64,000 nucleotides of DNA, taken from positions 29,579 through 93,578 of the forward strand of contig JBCCCR010000022.1 in the NCBI GenBank assembly GCA_039033415.1, in the 5' to 3' direction. Of the stretch, positions 47,120 to 57,209 are shown in pieces. The translations under genes were made by a program, and so were the position numbers. Each line of letters opens with the position of its first letter. The stretch's first letter is position 1. Below the pieces are notes generated by a model, which was given only the letters and a program-made list of their open reading frames with translations, was not told the origin of the DNA and searched no databases. Origin of the DNA: Pseudomonadota bacterium (GTDB taxonomy: Bacteria; Pseudomonadota; Gammaproteobacteria; Xanthomonadales; SZUA-38).

Positions 47120-47755
47120 ATGACCTCTGCGCGCACGCGCCAGCGGCTCATCGAGCGGCTGCGCCAGGGTGGGGTCACCGACCAGCGCGTGCTGGACGCG
47201 GTGGCCGCCGTGCCGCGCCATCAGTTTGTCGACGAGGCCATGGCCAGCCGCGCGTACGAGGATACGGCGCTGCCCATCGGACGCGGGCAAACCATTTCGC
47301 AGCCGCTGGTGGTGGCGACCATGACGCAGGCGCTGCTGACGGACGGACCGCTGGAGAGTGTGTTGGAAATCGGCACCGGGTCGGGTTACCAGGCCGCCGT
47401 TTTGGCGCTGCTTGTGCCGCAGGTGTTTACGGTGGAGCGAATCGATGAGCTGTCGCGGCAGGCGCGGCGACGCTTTCGCCATCTGAAGATCCGCAACATT
47501 CGCGCCAAGCAGGCGGACGGCGGCGAGGGCTGGGCCCAGAACGCGCCGTATGACGGCGTCATGATCACCGCCGCCGCTGACCACGTGCCGCAGGCGCTGT
47601 TCGATCAGGTGGCGCCCGGCGGTGTGCTGGTGGCGCCGGTGGGGCCGGTGGGCGGCGTTCAGCGGCTGCTTAAGTTCTCGCGGCGGGCGGCGGGTTTCCG
47701 CCGGCAGGATCTTGGGGCGGTGGTGTTTGTGCCGCTGCTTAGTGGGCTGGAATAG
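47120..47755 (+). CDS. pcm: protein-L-isoaspartate O-methyltransferase
   Basis: 'VLEIGTGSGYQAAVLA' SAM motif. The N-terminus 'MTSARTRQRLIERLRQGGVTDQRVLDAVAAVPRHQFVDE' aligns with E. coli Pcm from residue 1. ATG 47120 is preferred over TTG 47081. Confidence 0.93.
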   Translation: MTSARTRQRLIERLRQGGVTDQRVLDAVAAVPRHQFVDEAMASRAYEDTALPIGRGQTISQPLVVATMTQALLTDGPLESVLEIGTGSGYQAAVLALLVPQVFTVERIDELSRQARRRFRHLKIRNIRAKQADGGEGWAQNAPYDGVMITAAADHVPQALFDQVAPGGVLVAPVGPVGGVQRLLKFSRRAAGFRRQDLGAVVFVPLLSGLE

Positions 47756-47758
47756 GTT

Positions 47759-48015
47759 CTGCGAACGCTGCGGAAATGAATCCTGTTGCCCCTGAAAAAG
47801 CGTCAATGTAGGCGCGAGGAGAGAAATCTGGTGGGTCCAAATGAACGACGAGCAACGCCCAGTGACGCTTTTTCAGGGGCAACCCGCAGGGCCGGGCCCC
47901 TGTTCCCGCCGGCGGCGTTGTCAGTCGCTTGTTTAGCGGTGCTAAACGGCGCTCCCTCCGCCTTGCCGGACGAAAACAGGGACTCCGGCAGGGTCCATTT
48001 CCGCAGCGTTCGCAG
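47759..48015. repeat. 257-nt nested inverted-repeat element: a 20-bp perfect outer stem enclosing a 21-bp perfect hairpin and a second long imperfect hairpin
   Basis: Outer stem: 'ctgcgaacgctgcggaaatg' (47759-78) pairs with 'catttccgcagcgttcgcag' (47996-48015). Inner hairpin: 'gttgcccctgaaaaagcgtca' (47785-805) pairs with 'tgacgctttttcaggggcaac' (47863-83). A third imperfect hairpin spans about 47889-47990 and is centred on 'gtttagc ggt gctaaac' (47931-47). Confidence 0.7.
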
Positions 48016-48022
48016 GCCCTAA

Positions 48023-48601
48023 ATGGGGCTGTTTGCGCCGCTCTACGACACGACGCTGCGCTGGTCGCAGCACCGTCTTGCGCCCCGCTATCTGGCGGGA
48101 TTGAGTTTCGCCGAGTCCACCTTTTTTCCGGTGCCGCCGGACGTGATGCTGATTCCCATGGTGCTCGGCAAGCCGGCAAGATGGCTCCAGCTGGCGGGCC
48201 TGTGCACGGTGATGTCGGTGCTGGGTGGCCTGTTTGGTTATCTGATCGGGGTCTTTGCGTTCGAGCTGATCGAGCCGCTGCTCCATCGCTTCGGCTACTG
48301 GGAAACCTTCGAAAAAGCGCAAGCTGGCTTTCAGGAGTATGGCTTCTGGGTGGTCCTGCTGGCGGGCTTTTCGCCGATTCCGTACAAGATCTTTACCATC
48401 GCCAGCGGCACTGTCGGCATGGCGCTGCTGCCCTTTGCGATCGGCTCCCTGATCGGTCGGGGCGGCCGGTTTTTCCTGGTGGCTGGCCTGATCCGGCTGG
48501 GCGGCGTCAAGGCGGCGGACAAGATTCGGCAGTACGTTGAGGTACTGGGCTGGCTGCTGGTGGTGCTGGTGGTGGCGGCGGTGCTGTGGCTGCGCCACTA
48601 G
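48023..48601 (+). CDS. YqaA/DedA-type (VTT-domain) inner-membrane protein
   Basis: 'LSFAESTFFPVPPDVMLIPMVL' and 'FSPIPYKIFTIASG' are typical of the YqaA/DedA SNARE-associated family, with 4-5 hydrophobic segments. Confidence 0.8.
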   Translation: MGLFAPLYDTTLRWSQHRLAPRYLAGLSFAESTFFPVPPDVMLIPMVLGKPARWLQLAGLCTVMSVLGGLFGYLIGVFAFELIEPLLHRFGYWETFEKAQAGFQEYGFWVVLLAGFSPIPYKIFTIASGTVGMALLPFAIGSLIGRGGRFFLVAGLIRLGGVKAADKIRQYVEVLGWLLVVLVVAAVLWLRH

Positions 48602-49473
48602 GGCGCCGGCCCACCGGGCGGCTTTCGATCGCCCTGGTCTCGCTTCTGGTCACCGCGCTCGCGGCGTGCAGCTATCGCGCCGCGCCGCCGGAAAAGCGCC
48701 GACCCGCGCCGCGCTATGAGCCGGCGGCGCCCGGATCTACTCGGATTCAGCGCCCCTCGTTCTATACGGTAAAGCGCGGGGACACGCTTTACGCCATCGC
48801 CTGGCGCTATGGTTTGGACTATCGGGATCTGGCGCGCTGGAATCGCGTTCAGGCGCCGTTTGTGATCCATCCGCAGCAGCCGCTGCGTCTGTATCCGCCG
48901 CGGGTTGTGGCGACTCCGGTTCGAACATCGTCAACTGCATCGACAGCGGCGCCGCCGCCGAGAGCCCAGGAGTCGACGCCGAGGCTGTCCGCCGCGACTC
49001 CCCCGACAGCCTCAAGCAATACCCCCGCAGTGCGACCGTCAGCGAAGCCGCGAGCCACCGCCGCGACCCCGGCCAAACCCAAACCGGCCGCCACCAGCGG
49101 GGCCGTCGCCTGGCGCTGGCCTCTGGAGGGAAAGGTGTTGGCCGAGTTTTCGAACGCGGCGCCCAACCTTCAAGGTCTCGACATTGCGGCCGCCCCGGGC
49201 ACCGCGGTCCAGGCGGCCGCAGCCGGGGAAGTGGTCTACAGCGGCAACGGGCTGGTGGGGTATGGCGAGCTCATTATCATTAAACACAGCGATCGCTATC
49301 TCAGCGCCTACGCCCACAACCGCCAGCGTTTTGTGAGGGAAGGGCAGGCGGTTGGTGCTGGGGAAAAGATCGCCGAAGTTGGGTCGAATGGCAGTCAAAA
49401 GTCACGACTGCACTTCCAAATTCGGGAAAACGGAAAACCGGTCAACCCCCGGAAACACCTGCCGAAGCGCTAA
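48586..49473 (+). CDS. nlpD: murein hydrolase activator NlpD (lipoprotein, LysM + M23 peptidase domains)
   Basis: Lipobox 'LVTALAAC', LysM 'YTVKRGDTLYAIAWRYGLDYRDLARWN', Pro/Ala-rich linker, and M23 'GLDIAAAPGTAV...YGELIIIKHSDRYLSAYAHN'. Sits upstream of rpoS. Confidence 0.92.
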   Translation: MAAPLGRRPTGRLSIALVSLLVTALAACSYRAAPPEKRRPAPRYEPAAPGSTRIQRPSFYTVKRGDTLYAIAWRYGLDYRDLARWNRVQAPFVIHPQQPLRLYPPRVVATPVRTSSTASTAAPPPRAQESTPRLSAATPPTASSNTPAVRPSAKPRATAATPAKPKPAATSGAVAWRWPLEGKVLAEFSNAAPNLQGLDIAAAPGTAVQAAAAGEVVYSGNGLVGYGELIIIKHSDRYLSAYAHNRQRFVREGQAVGAGEKIAEVGSNGSQKSRLHFQIRENGKPVNPRKHLPKR

Positions 49474-49580
49474 ACGTCAAGGGTGGTGCACGGTTTTTTA
49501 ACAAAGATTTGAGGTGTTTGGGCTAGCATGGCGTTTCAAGGATGGAACGACGCCTGAGGATCAGGCAGGGATAAGGGAAT

Positions 49581-50480
49581 ATGCATGCACTGAAAGCGCA
49601 GGAGCGCTCGTCAGCGCTGGAGCCAATGGCATCCGGTGTTGGTGCAGCCAGCGCAGACTCAACCACCGTTTACCTCTCGTCGATCGGCGCCGCGCCGCTG
49701 CTCACCGCCGAGGAGGAAGTTCACTTCACCAGGGCCTGGCGCCAGGGCGATCAAAACGGTCGCCAGCGGATGATCGAATCGAATCTGCGACTGGTCGTCA
49801 ATATCGCCCGCCGCTACGCCAATCGCGGCCTGCCGCTGTTAGACCTTATAGAGGAAGGCAATCTCGGCTTGATCAGGGCCGTCGAAAAATTTGATCCCGA
49901 ACGGGGCTTCCGCTTTTCCACCTACGCCACCTGGTGGATTCGCCAGGCGGTGGAGCGCGCCATCATGAACCAGGCACGGACGGTGCGACTACCGATCCAC
50001 GTGGTGCGGGACGTGGCCGCCTACCTGCGCGCAGCGCGGGAACTGGCGCAGCAGCTCGATCGGGCACCGACGCGCGAAGAGATTGCGCAGCAGCTTGACG
50101 TTTCGCTCGAGCAGGTGGATCGGTTGGCCTGTCTGAACGAACGCTCGACCTCCATCGACGGGCCCATGGGGACAGACGGCGACCGCCAGCTCCTCGATGC
50201 CCTGGCGGACGACAACAACCCCGACCCGTGCGAAATCGTTGCGGACAATCGGCTGGGGGGACAGGTCGATGAGTGGCTGGGGCGCCTGCCCGACCGCGAG
50301 CGGGAGGTGCTGGAACGACGCTTCGGCCTGCACGGCTATACCAGCCAAACGCTGTCCGATGTCGGTCGGGAAATGGGTGTGACCCGGGAACGGGTCCGCC
50401 AGATCCAGATCCAGGCGCTCCGTCGCCTGCGGCAAATCTCCAGTGCCTGCGGCGTTGAGGAAACACCGCTGTTCGATTAA
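49581..50480 (+). CDS. rpoS: RNA polymerase sigma factor RpoS
   Basis: Near-identical blocks to E. coli RpoS ('[56 protein letters not shown]', 'TRERVRQIQ') and the nlpD-rpoS context. The start could instead be ATG 49626. Confidence 0.93.
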   Translation: MHALKAQERSSALEPMASGVGAASADSTTVYLSSIGAAPLLTAEEEVHFTRAWRQGDQNGRQRMIESNLRLVVNIARRYANRGLPLLDLIEEGNLGLIRAVEKFDPERGFRFSTYATWWIRQAVERAIMNQARTVRLPIHVVRDVAAYLRAARELAQQLDRAPTREEIAQQLDVSLEQVDRLACLNERSTSIDGPMGTDGDRQLLDALADDNNPDPCEIVADNRLGGQVDEWLGRLPDREREVLERRFGLHGYTSQTLSDVGREMGVTRERVRQIQIQALRRLRQISSACGVEETPLFD

Positions 50481-50502
50481 GGCCTGTGGCCGCCGGCGAC
50501 TC

Positions 50503-50877
50503 TTAGGTCACCGGAAAGATCAGCGCCAGCATGGCCGCCCGACCCTCGTCGAGCAGGATGTTAAAAGTGCGGCAGGCGGCGGCGTTGTGCATCGACTCCA
50601 GCCCGACGTGAGCCGCCATAATCGAGGCTGCGAAGGGCGGCGGTGGAAAGGTCAACGTGGCGCCTGTGCCCAGGATCACCAGCTCCGGCCGCCAGTCGAG
50701 CATCATCGCCGCCTGGTCGCGGTCGAGCTGAGCGGCGTCGGTCACCGACCACTCGGCGTTTAGCTGCTGGCCGGAAACGAGCAGGCTTTGGGTGTAATGC
50801 TGCTGCCCGATGATCACGCCGTCGTCGCTCAGGCTGCGAATGGCGTTGGGGGGCGCGTTATGAAGCGTCAGATCCAT
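50503..50877 (-). CDS. Mth938-like (DUF498) domain protein
   Basis: 'PELVILGTGATLTFPPP..' and 'GLESMHNAAACRTFNILLDEGR' match the Mth938/NDUFAF3-like family. Start at ATG 50877 (124 aa). Confidence 0.7.
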   Translation of the reverse strand: MDLTLHNAPPNAIRSLSDDGVIIGQQHYTQSLLVSGQQLNAEWSVTDAAQLDRDQAAMMLDWRPELVILGTGATLTFPPPPFAASIMAAHVGLESMHNAAACRTFNILLDEGRAAMLALIFPVT

Positions 50878-51173
50878 CAGCGGGGCAGGGCCAGCTGCGG
50901 TTTCTCCGGGTGCGGTCGGTAAAGGCAGCACACCTGGCCGATTTGCTGAACCACCGCTGCCCCGGTTGAGTCGCGAACGGTGTCGATCCAGCCGCTGCGC
51001 TGTTCCCGGTCGCCGCGCAGCTTTAGCTTGACCAGCTCGTGCGTGTCCAGCGCCAGCTCCAGCTCCGCCAGCACACCCTCCGTCAGGCCGTTATTGCCGA
51101 CCGTAACAACCGGCTTTAGTCCATGCGCCAGGCCGCGCAGAAAGCGCGTCTGGCTGCGGGTCAGATTGTTCAC
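50877..51173 (-). CDS. yhbY: ribosome-assembly RNA-binding protein YhbY (CRM domain)
   Basis: 'LTRSQTRFLRGLAHGLKPVVTVGNNGLTEGVLAELELALDTHELVKLKL' aligns with E. coli YhbY from residue 3. GTG 51173 gives 98 aa. The 152-aa track ORF extends across the divergent rlmE start. Confidence 0.88.
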   Translation of the reverse strand: MNNLTRSQTRFLRGLAHGLKPVVTVGNNGLTEGVLAELELALDTHELVKLKLRGDREQRSGWIDTVRDSTGAAVVQQIGQVCCLYRPHPEKPQLALPR

Positions 51174-51231
51174 AATGTTCTCATCTGGTGTGGGATAGTG
51201 TCCGTCCCAGTATCGCTTATGTCGGTGACCC

Positions 51232-51849
51232 TTGGCGAGATCCAAGAGCAGCAAGAAATGGCTGGCTGAGCATTTCGACGACGAGTACGTGCTTCGCGCG
51301 CAGCGCGAGGGACTAAGGTCGCGGGCAGCATTCAAGCTGCAGGAGCTGCAGGAGCGGTATCAGCTGGTCCGACCGGGGATGACCGTGGTGGACCTTGGCG
51401 CTGCTCCCGGGGGCTGGGTCCAGCTGGTGCTTCGCTGGCTTAAGGGCAAGGGCCGGGCGGTGGGTCTGGACCTGCTGCCGATCGAGCCGATGGAGGGCGC
51501 GCTGCTGATTCAGGGCGACTTCACCGAAGACGAGCCGCTGGCGGCCCTGACGGAGTCGCTTGAGGGTCAGCCGGTCGATCTTGTGTTATCGGACATGGCG
51601 CCCAATATCTCCGGTATGCGCGCGGTCGACCAGCCGCGTGCGATGTACCTGGTGGAGCTGGCGCAAGACTTCGCCCGGCAGCACCTCCGCAAAGGCGGCA
51701 CGCTGCTGATGAAGGTGTTTCAGGGTGAGGGTTTTGACGAACTGGTGAGGCAGCTGCGGACGGATTTTTCGACCGTCAGCGTGGTCAAACCCAAAGCGTC
51801 CCGACCCCGGAGCCGAGAGGTGTACGTTTTGGCACGTGGCGCACGCTGA
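51232..51849 (+). CDS. rlmE: 23S rRNA (uridine2552-2'-O)-methyltransferase RlmE/FtsJ
   Basis: 'KKWLAEHFDDEYV', 'RSRAAFKL', 'VVDLGAAPGGW' and 'VLSDMAPN'. TTG start; I see no in-frame ATG or GTG nearby. Confidence 0.93.
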   Translation: MARSKSSKKWLAEHFDDEYVLRAQREGLRSRAAFKLQELQERYQLVRPGMTVVDLGAAPGGWVQLVLRWLKGKGRAVGLDLLPIEPMEGALLIQGDFTEDEPLAALTESLEGQPVDLVLSDMAPNISGMRAVDQPRAMYLVELAQDFARQHLRKGGTLLMKVFQGEGFDELVRQLRTDFSTVSVVKPKASRPRSREVYVLARGAR

Positions 51850-51968
51850 GAGGCGGTGCTATCGTGCCGGTCAAGAGAAGTTGACACTTGCCGATTTCGT
51901 AAGGCAAGGGTGGGCGCAAAGCCGCCGAGCGGCGCGTCCTTTCAAGAGGTAGAGCATTGAGAAACGAT

Positions 51969-53891
51969 ATGGCAAAGAACCTGGTCCTTTGGATCATCAT
52001 CGCGGTTGTCCTGATGTCGGTGTTCAACACCTTCTCGCCGCGCGGATCCGCAAATGCTCCGGTCGCGTACTCGGAGTTTTTAAGCGAAGTTCGCAACGGC
52101 CAGGTTTCCAAGGTCCGCATTCAAGAGTCGCCCGACGGCCGGGTTATCGCCTACGAGTCGAGCAATGGTGATATCAACGAAACCTTTGCGCCGGACGATG
52201 AAAAGCTGATCGACGATCTGGTCACAAGGGACGTGCAGATCGAGGTGAAGCCGCCCGAGCGTCGTTCGCTGCTGGTGGACATCTTTATTTCCTGGTTCCC
52301 GTTCCTGCTCCTGATCGGCCTGTGGATCTTCTTCATGCGCCAGATGCAGGGCGGTGGTGGCGGCCGTGGAGCCATGTCCTTTGGGAAGTCACGCGCGCGG
52401 CTGCAGGGCGAGGATCAGGTGAAGGTCACCTTCGCAGACGTTGCCGGCGTTGAGGAAGCCAAGCAGGAAGTCACCGAGCTGGTGGAGTTCCTGAAGGACC
52501 CGGGCAAGTTCCAGCGCCTGGGTGGTCAAATTCCACGCGGCGTGCTGATGGTTGGGTCGCCGGGTACCGGTAAGACGCTGCTGGCCAAGGCGGTCGCGGG
52601 CGAGGCCAAGGTGCCGTTCTTTACGATCTCCGGCTCGGATTTTGTCGAAATGTTTGTCGGTGTCGGCGCCTCTCGAGTGCGCGACATGTTCGATCAAGCC
52701 AAAAAGCACGCGCCGTGCATCATTTTCATCGACGAAATCGATGCGGTCGGCCGCCATCGTGGCGCCGGTCTCGGTGGCGGGCACGACGAGCGCGAGCAGA
52801 CTCTGAACCAGCTGCTCGTTGAGATGGACGGCTTTGAGGGCAACGAGGGCATCATTGTGGTGGCCGCAACCAACCGCCCCGACGTTCTCGATCCGGCGCT
52901 GCTGCGCCCCGGTCGCTTCGACCGCCAGGTGGTGGTGCCGCTGCCGGACGTGCGCGGTCGCGAGCAGATCCTCAAAGTGCACATGCGAAAGGTGCCCTAC
53001 AGCTCCAACGTTGATGCCCGGGTTCTGGCCCGGAGCACGCCGGGGTTCTCGGGGGCGGACCTCGCGAACCTCGTTAATGAGGCGGCGCTGTTTGCGGCTC
53101 GCGAGGACTCCAAAGACGTCAACATGGAGCACTTCGAGCGCGCGAAAGATAAGCTGATGATGGGCGCCGAGCGTCGTTCGATGGTGATGAGCGAAGACGA
53201 AAAGCGTCTGACCGCTTACCACGAAGCGGGTCACGCAATAGTCGGCCGGCTGGTGCCTGAGCACGACCCGGTTTACAAGGTCAGCATCATCCCTCGCGGG
53301 CGAGCGCTGGGTGTCACGATGTTTCTCCCTGAGGAGGACAAGTACAGCCAGAGCCTCACCCAGCTCCAGAGCCAGCTGTGCAGCCTTTACGGCGGCCGGA
53401 TTGCCGAGGAGCTGATCTTCGGCAAGGACAGGGTTACAACCGGTGCCTCCAACGACATCGAGCGGGCTACCGATCTCGCGCGCCTGATGGTTCAGCGCTG
53501 GGGTCTGTCTGACGCGCTCGGACCGGTCGCTTACGGCGAGCAGGAGGAGGAGGTTTTCCTGGGTCGTTCGGTCACCCAGCACAAGGCGGTTGCCGAAGAG
53601 ACGGCCCGGCAGATTGATTCGGAGGTCCGTCGCATTCTCGATGAAGCCTACGGTCGGGCGACTCGCCTGCTCAAGGAAAACGAGAAGAAGATGCACGTCA
53701 TGGCCGAGGCCCTGATGAAGTACGAGACGATCGATTCCGGTCAGATCGACGACATCATGGACGGACGCACGCCCGGACCACCGCGCGACTGGTGGGACAC
53801 GCCGGACGACGACACCGGCAGCGGCGGTTCTCGCGTCACCGCCTCGACCCAGGACGAGCCCCCGCTGGGCGGCCCGGCCGAACAGCACTAA
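51969..53891 (+). CDS. ftsH: ATP-dependent zinc metalloprotease FtsH
   Basis: '[19 protein letters not shown]', Walker A 'GSPGTGKT', SRH '[19 protein letters not shown]', and 'HEAGHA' zinc site. Start at ATG 51969. Confidence 0.98.
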   Translation: MAKNLVLWIIIAVVLMSVFNTFSPRGSANAPVAYSEFLSEVRNGQVSKVRIQESPDGRVIAYESSNGDINETFAPDDEKLIDDLVTRDVQIEVKPPERRSLLVDIFISWFPFLLLIGLWIFFMRQMQGGGGGRGAMSFGKSRARLQGEDQVKVTFADVAGVEEAKQEVTELVEFLKDPGKFQRLGGQIPRGVLMVGSPGTGKTLLAKAVAGEAKVPFFTISGSDFVEMFVGVGASRVRDMFDQAKKHAPCIIFIDEIDAVGRHRGAGLGGGHDEREQTLNQLLVEMDGFEGNEGIIVVAATNRPDVLDPALLRPGRFDRQVVVPLPDVRGREQILKVHMRKVPYSSNVDARVLARSTPGFSGADLANLVNEAALFAAREDSKDVNMEHFERAKDKLMMGAERRSMVMSEDEKRLTAYHEAGHAIVGRLVPEHDPVYKVSIIPRGRALGVTMFLPEEDKYSQSLTQLQSQLCSLYGGRIAEELIFGKDRVTTGASNDIERATDLARLMVQRWGLSDALGPVAYGEQEEEVFLGRSVTQHKAVAEETARQIDSEVRRILDEAYGRATRLLKENEKKMHVMAEALMKYETIDSGQIDDIMDGRTPGPPRDWWDTPDDDTGSGGSRVTASTQDEPPLGGPAEQH

Positions 53892-53912
53892 GAGACCCAG
53901 ACAGAGAACCTA

Positions 53913-53935
53913 GGGCCCGAACCTCGTTCGGGCCC
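53913..53935 (+). terminator. GC-rich hairpin after ftsH (10-bp stem, 3-nt loop, weak U-tract)
   Basis: 'gggcccgaac' ctc 'gttcgggccc' followed by 'catcctttcc'. May be an attenuating structure rather than a full terminator. Confidence 0.35.
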
Positions 53936-53991
53936 CATCCTTTCCACCGGCGCGTTTTCTTTGGCCGGCTTGTGCAGCACGATCTCTTGCC

Positions 53992-54846
53992 ATGGTGACG
54001 CAACCTTCGGACACCTTTACGGTCGGGCCGCTGACGCTGCCAAAGCCGGCGCTGCTGGGCGTGCTGAACGTCACTCCCGATTCTTTTTCTGACGGCGGTC
54101 GCTACGCTACGCTGGACCGCGCCGTGGCGGCTGCCGAGCGGATGGCGGCGCAAGGTGCTGATCTGATCGACGTTGGCGGGGAGTCCACCCGACCGGGCGC
54201 GGAGCCGGTCAGCACCGAAGAGGAGCTGGCGCGGGTTGTGCCGGTGGTTGAAGCGCTGGCGTCCCGGATCGCAACGCCGATCTCGGTCGACACCTCTCAC
54301 CCTGAGGTCATGCGGGCCGCGCTGGCTGCAGGTGCTCAGCTGGTCAACGACGTACGGGCCCTGTCGCGGCCAGGTGCGTTGGAGGCGGTCGCGGAAAGTG
54401 ACGCCGCCGTTTGCCTGATGCACATGCGCGGTACACCGCTCACCATGCAGACGAATCCAGACTATGCTGAGGTGGTGGATGAGGTCGCGGCGTTTCTTGA
54501 GCACGCGGTGCAGCGCTGCGAGGGAGCCGGCATCACCCGGAGCCGAATCATGATCGATCCGGGCTTTGGTTTTGGCAAAACGCTGCAACACAATTTAACC
54601 CTGCTCGCGCGCTTGCCTGAGCTACAGTCGACGGGCTGCCCCGTGCTGGTTGGCGTGTCCCGCAAGTCGATGTTTGGACAGCTGCTGGATCGGGCGGTTG
54701 ACGAACGGCTTGCCGGAACGCTGGCGGCAGGGCAGCTGGCGCTGGACGGTGGCGCCCACGTCCTGCGGGTTCACGACGTGGCGGAGCACCACGATATGCG
54801 CCAGGTCTGGCAACGCGTACGCGCGCTGCGACACAACTCAACTTAA
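53992..54846 (+). CDS. folP: dihydropteroate synthase
   Basis: '[14 protein letters not shown]', '[11 protein letters not shown]', 'ISVDT' and 'DPGFGFGK' blocks. Confidence 0.95.
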   Translation: MVTQPSDTFTVGPLTLPKPALLGVLNVTPDSFSDGGRYATLDRAVAAAERMAAQGADLIDVGGESTRPGAEPVSTEEELARVVPVVEALASRIATPISVDTSHPEVMRAALAAGAQLVNDVRALSRPGALEAVAESDAAVCLMHMRGTPLTMQTNPDYAEVVDEVAAFLEHAVQRCEGAGITRSRIMIDPGFGFGKTLQHNLTLLARLPELQSTGCPVLVGVSRKSMFGQLLDRAVDERLAGTLAAGQLALDGGAHVLRVHDVAEHHDMRQVWQRVRALRHNST

Positions 54847-54886
54847 ACGATGGTCGGCCAGGGAACGCCGGCCAGGGGAAACCACC

Positions 54887-56224
54887 ATGAGCCGAAAATA
54901 TTTTGGTACTGACGGCATTCGGGGCCGTGTCGGGGATGAGGTTATCAACGCCCAGTTTGCCCTCAAGCTGGGCCATGCGATGGGTAGCGTGCTGCGACGC
55001 CGCGGCGCTCCGCTGGTGGTGATCGGCAAAGACACACGTATCTCGGGCTATATGTTTGAGGCCGCGCTGGAAGCCGGTCTGGCGGCAGCCGGGGCCGATA
55101 TTCGACTGCTGGGACCCATGCCGACCCCCGCGGTGGCATTTATCACCCGCACCCTGCGAGCCGGCGCCGGCATCGTGATCAGCGCCTCGCACAATCCTCA
55201 TTACGACAACGGCTTTAAGTTCTTTAGCAGCGCCGGCGAGAAGCTGCCGGACGAAGTGGAGGCAGAGATTGAGCTGGAGCTGGACCGGCCGTTCAGCACA
55301 GTGGACTCCGGCAGCTTAGGACGGGCTCAGCGCGTGGAAGATGCGGCCGGGCGCTACGTCGAGTTTTGCAAGCGCACCATTCCTTATACAAGCTCGCTGG
55401 CCGGCATCAAGATGGTGCTCGACTGCGCCAACGGTGCCACGTACGACGTGGGGCCAGCCGTGTTCACCGAGCTGGGTGCGGAGGTGGTTGCCATCGGGAA
55501 CGAGCCCGATGGGCTCAATATCAACGAAAAGGCCGGGTCCCTGCATCCTGAGCTGCTGCAGCAGGCGGTCGTGGAACACCAGGCAGATCTTGGCATCGCG
55601 TTCGACGGCGACGGCGACCGCGTGCAGATGGTCGACGGTTCCGGCGAGCTGATCGATGGTGATCAGCTCCTCTACATCATCGCCCGACACCGCGAGGACG
55701 CGGGCCGCCTCGGTGGCGGTATCGTCGGCACGCTGATGACCAACTTTGGGCTGGAGACCTGCTTCCGAGAGCGGGGCATCAACTTCGTGAGGGCTGACGT
55801 CGGCGACCGCTTTGTGCACCAGCAGCTGCTCAAGCGTGGCTGGCTGGTGGGTGGTGAGGCGTCCGGGCACATTCTCTGTCTTGACAAAACCACCACCGGC
55901 GATGCCATTATCAGTGCTCTGGAGGTGCTGGAGATTTTGTCCTCCAGCGGGCAGACCCTGGCGCAGGCCGCCCATGGCTTTGAGAAGTTTCCGCAGACCA
56001 TGATCAACGTGCCGGTGAAGGGTAAGGTGGCGATGGACAGCTCCGCCACCGTGCTCGACGCCGTCAAAGATGTTGAGGCGAGCCTCGGCAATGACGGCCG
56101 GGTGATTCTCCGTCCTTCCGGCACCGAACCTGTGGTTCGGGTGACGGTCGAGGGTCGACGTGGCGGCCAGGTTGACGAACTCGCGCAGCAGCTGGCGCAG
56201 GTGGTACAGGAGGAATTTAGCTAG
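54887..56224 (+). CDS. glmM: phosphoglucosamine mutase
   Basis: '[13 protein letters not shown]', active-site 'SASHNP', 'FDGDGDR' and 'GGEASGH'. Start set at ATG 54887 (445 aa). Confidence 0.97.
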   Translation: MSRKYFGTDGIRGRVGDEVINAQFALKLGHAMGSVLRRRGAPLVVIGKDTRISGYMFEAALEAGLAAAGADIRLLGPMPTPAVAFITRTLRAGAGIVISASHNPHYDNGFKFFSSAGEKLPDEVEAEIELELDRPFSTVDSGSLGRAQRVEDAAGRYVEFCKRTIPYTSSLAGIKMVLDCANGATYDVGPAVFTELGAEVVAIGNEPDGLNINEKAGSLHPELLQQAVVEHQADLGIAFDGDGDRVQMVDGSGELIDGDQLLYIIARHREDAGRLGGGIVGTLMTNFGLETCFRERGINFVRADVGDRFVHQQLLKRGWLVGGEASGHILCLDKTTTGDAIISALEVLEILSSSGQTLAQAAHGFEKFPQTMINVPVKGKVAMDSSATVLDAVKDVEASLGNDGRVILRPSGTEPVVRVTVEGRRGGQVDELAQQLAQVVQEEFS

Positions 56225-57165
56225 TGCAGGAAACCCAGAAGGTCCCGACGCTGGACCTGTCGACGTTTGAGGTCGATCCCGAAGGGTTTGTGACGGCGCT
56301 GGGCGAGGCCTACCAGCGCTACGGTTTTTGCGGCATCCGCAACCATGGCATCAGCGACGCCGTGATGGGCTCCGCGTATCGCGTGTTCCAGGAATTTTTT
56401 GCGCTGCCCGCGGCGGTTAAGCAGGCGTATGCCGCCGGTGAGGGCGGGGCCCGAGGCTATACCGGCATCGGGATCGAAACGGCCAAGGATGCGCAGCATC
56501 CCGACCTCAAGGAGTTCTGGCACGTGGGCCGGGAACTGCCGGTCGATCATCCGCAGCGAGACCGCATGCCGCCCAACCAGTGGCCCACGGAGGTGGCCGA
56601 GTTCCGGGAAAACGCCTACGCACTCTACGAGGCGCTCGACGACCTGGGTCGCCGCGTGCTGCAAGCGATGGCGCTTTACCTTGGACAGGACGAACGCTAC
56701 TTCGACTCCCGGGTCAACGAGGGCAACAGCATCCTTCGACCGATTCACTATCCGCCCATCGAGGAAGAAACGCCATCGGTGCGGGCGGGACGGCACGAAG
56801 ACATCAACCTGATCACGCTGCTGATCGGTTCCGAGCAGCCGGGCCTGGAAATTTTGAGCCGCAGCGGTGACTGGGTACCCGTGACCACGGTTCCCGGGGC
56901 CATCATGTGCAACATCGGCGACATGATGCAGCGGCTGACCAACCACGTGTTTCCGTCGACCACCCACCGGGTGGTGAATCCGCCCGGGGACGAGGCGCTG
57001 AAGCCGCGCTACTCGATTCCCTTTTTCCTGCATCCCAACGCCGATTTTATGATCGAAACGCTGTCGACCTGTATCAGCGAAGATCGGCCCAACCGCTACC
57101 CCGAGGCGCTGTCGTCGCACGACTACCTCGAGCAGCGGCTGGTCGAAATCGGGCTCAAAAGCTGA
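56224..57165 (+). CDS. 2-oxoglutarate/Fe(II)-dependent oxygenase (isopenicillin-N-synthase-like family)
   Basis: 'GFCGIRNHGI' N-terminal block, 'RPIHYPP', 'GRHEDINLITLL' (HxD), 'STTHRVVNP' (distal His/Arg) and 'RYSIPFFLHP'. Confidence 0.8.
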   Translation: MQETQKVPTLDLSTFEVDPEGFVTALGEAYQRYGFCGIRNHGISDAVMGSAYRVFQEFFALPAAVKQAYAAGEGGARGYTGIGIETAKDAQHPDLKEFWHVGRELPVDHPQRDRMPPNQWPTEVAEFRENAYALYEALDDLGRRVLQAMALYLGQDERYFDSRVNEGNSILRPIHYPPIEEETPSVRAGRHEDINLITLLIGSEQPGLEILSRSGDWVPVTTVPGAIMCNIGDMMQRLTNHVFPSTTHRVVNPPGDEALKPRYSIPFFLHPNADFMIETLSTCISEDRPNRYPEALSSHDYLEQRLVEIGLKS

Positions 57166-57209
57166 CGGTGGCGCGCGTCGATCTCACGTCGATCAGAGCC
57201 CGGCGGGTG

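Noticed and set aside
47739-48540. Three track ORFs crossing the pcm-yqaA inverted-repeat element (47739-48179 minus, 47786-48022 plus, 47929-48540 plus)
   Set aside because: None has an SD or a recognisable motif. They are read through palindromic DNA or overlap yqaA out of frame. The region is better explained as a structured non-coding element.
52389-53888. 499-aa minus-strand ORF
   Set aside because: It lies entirely antisense to ftsH, whose identity is unambiguous.
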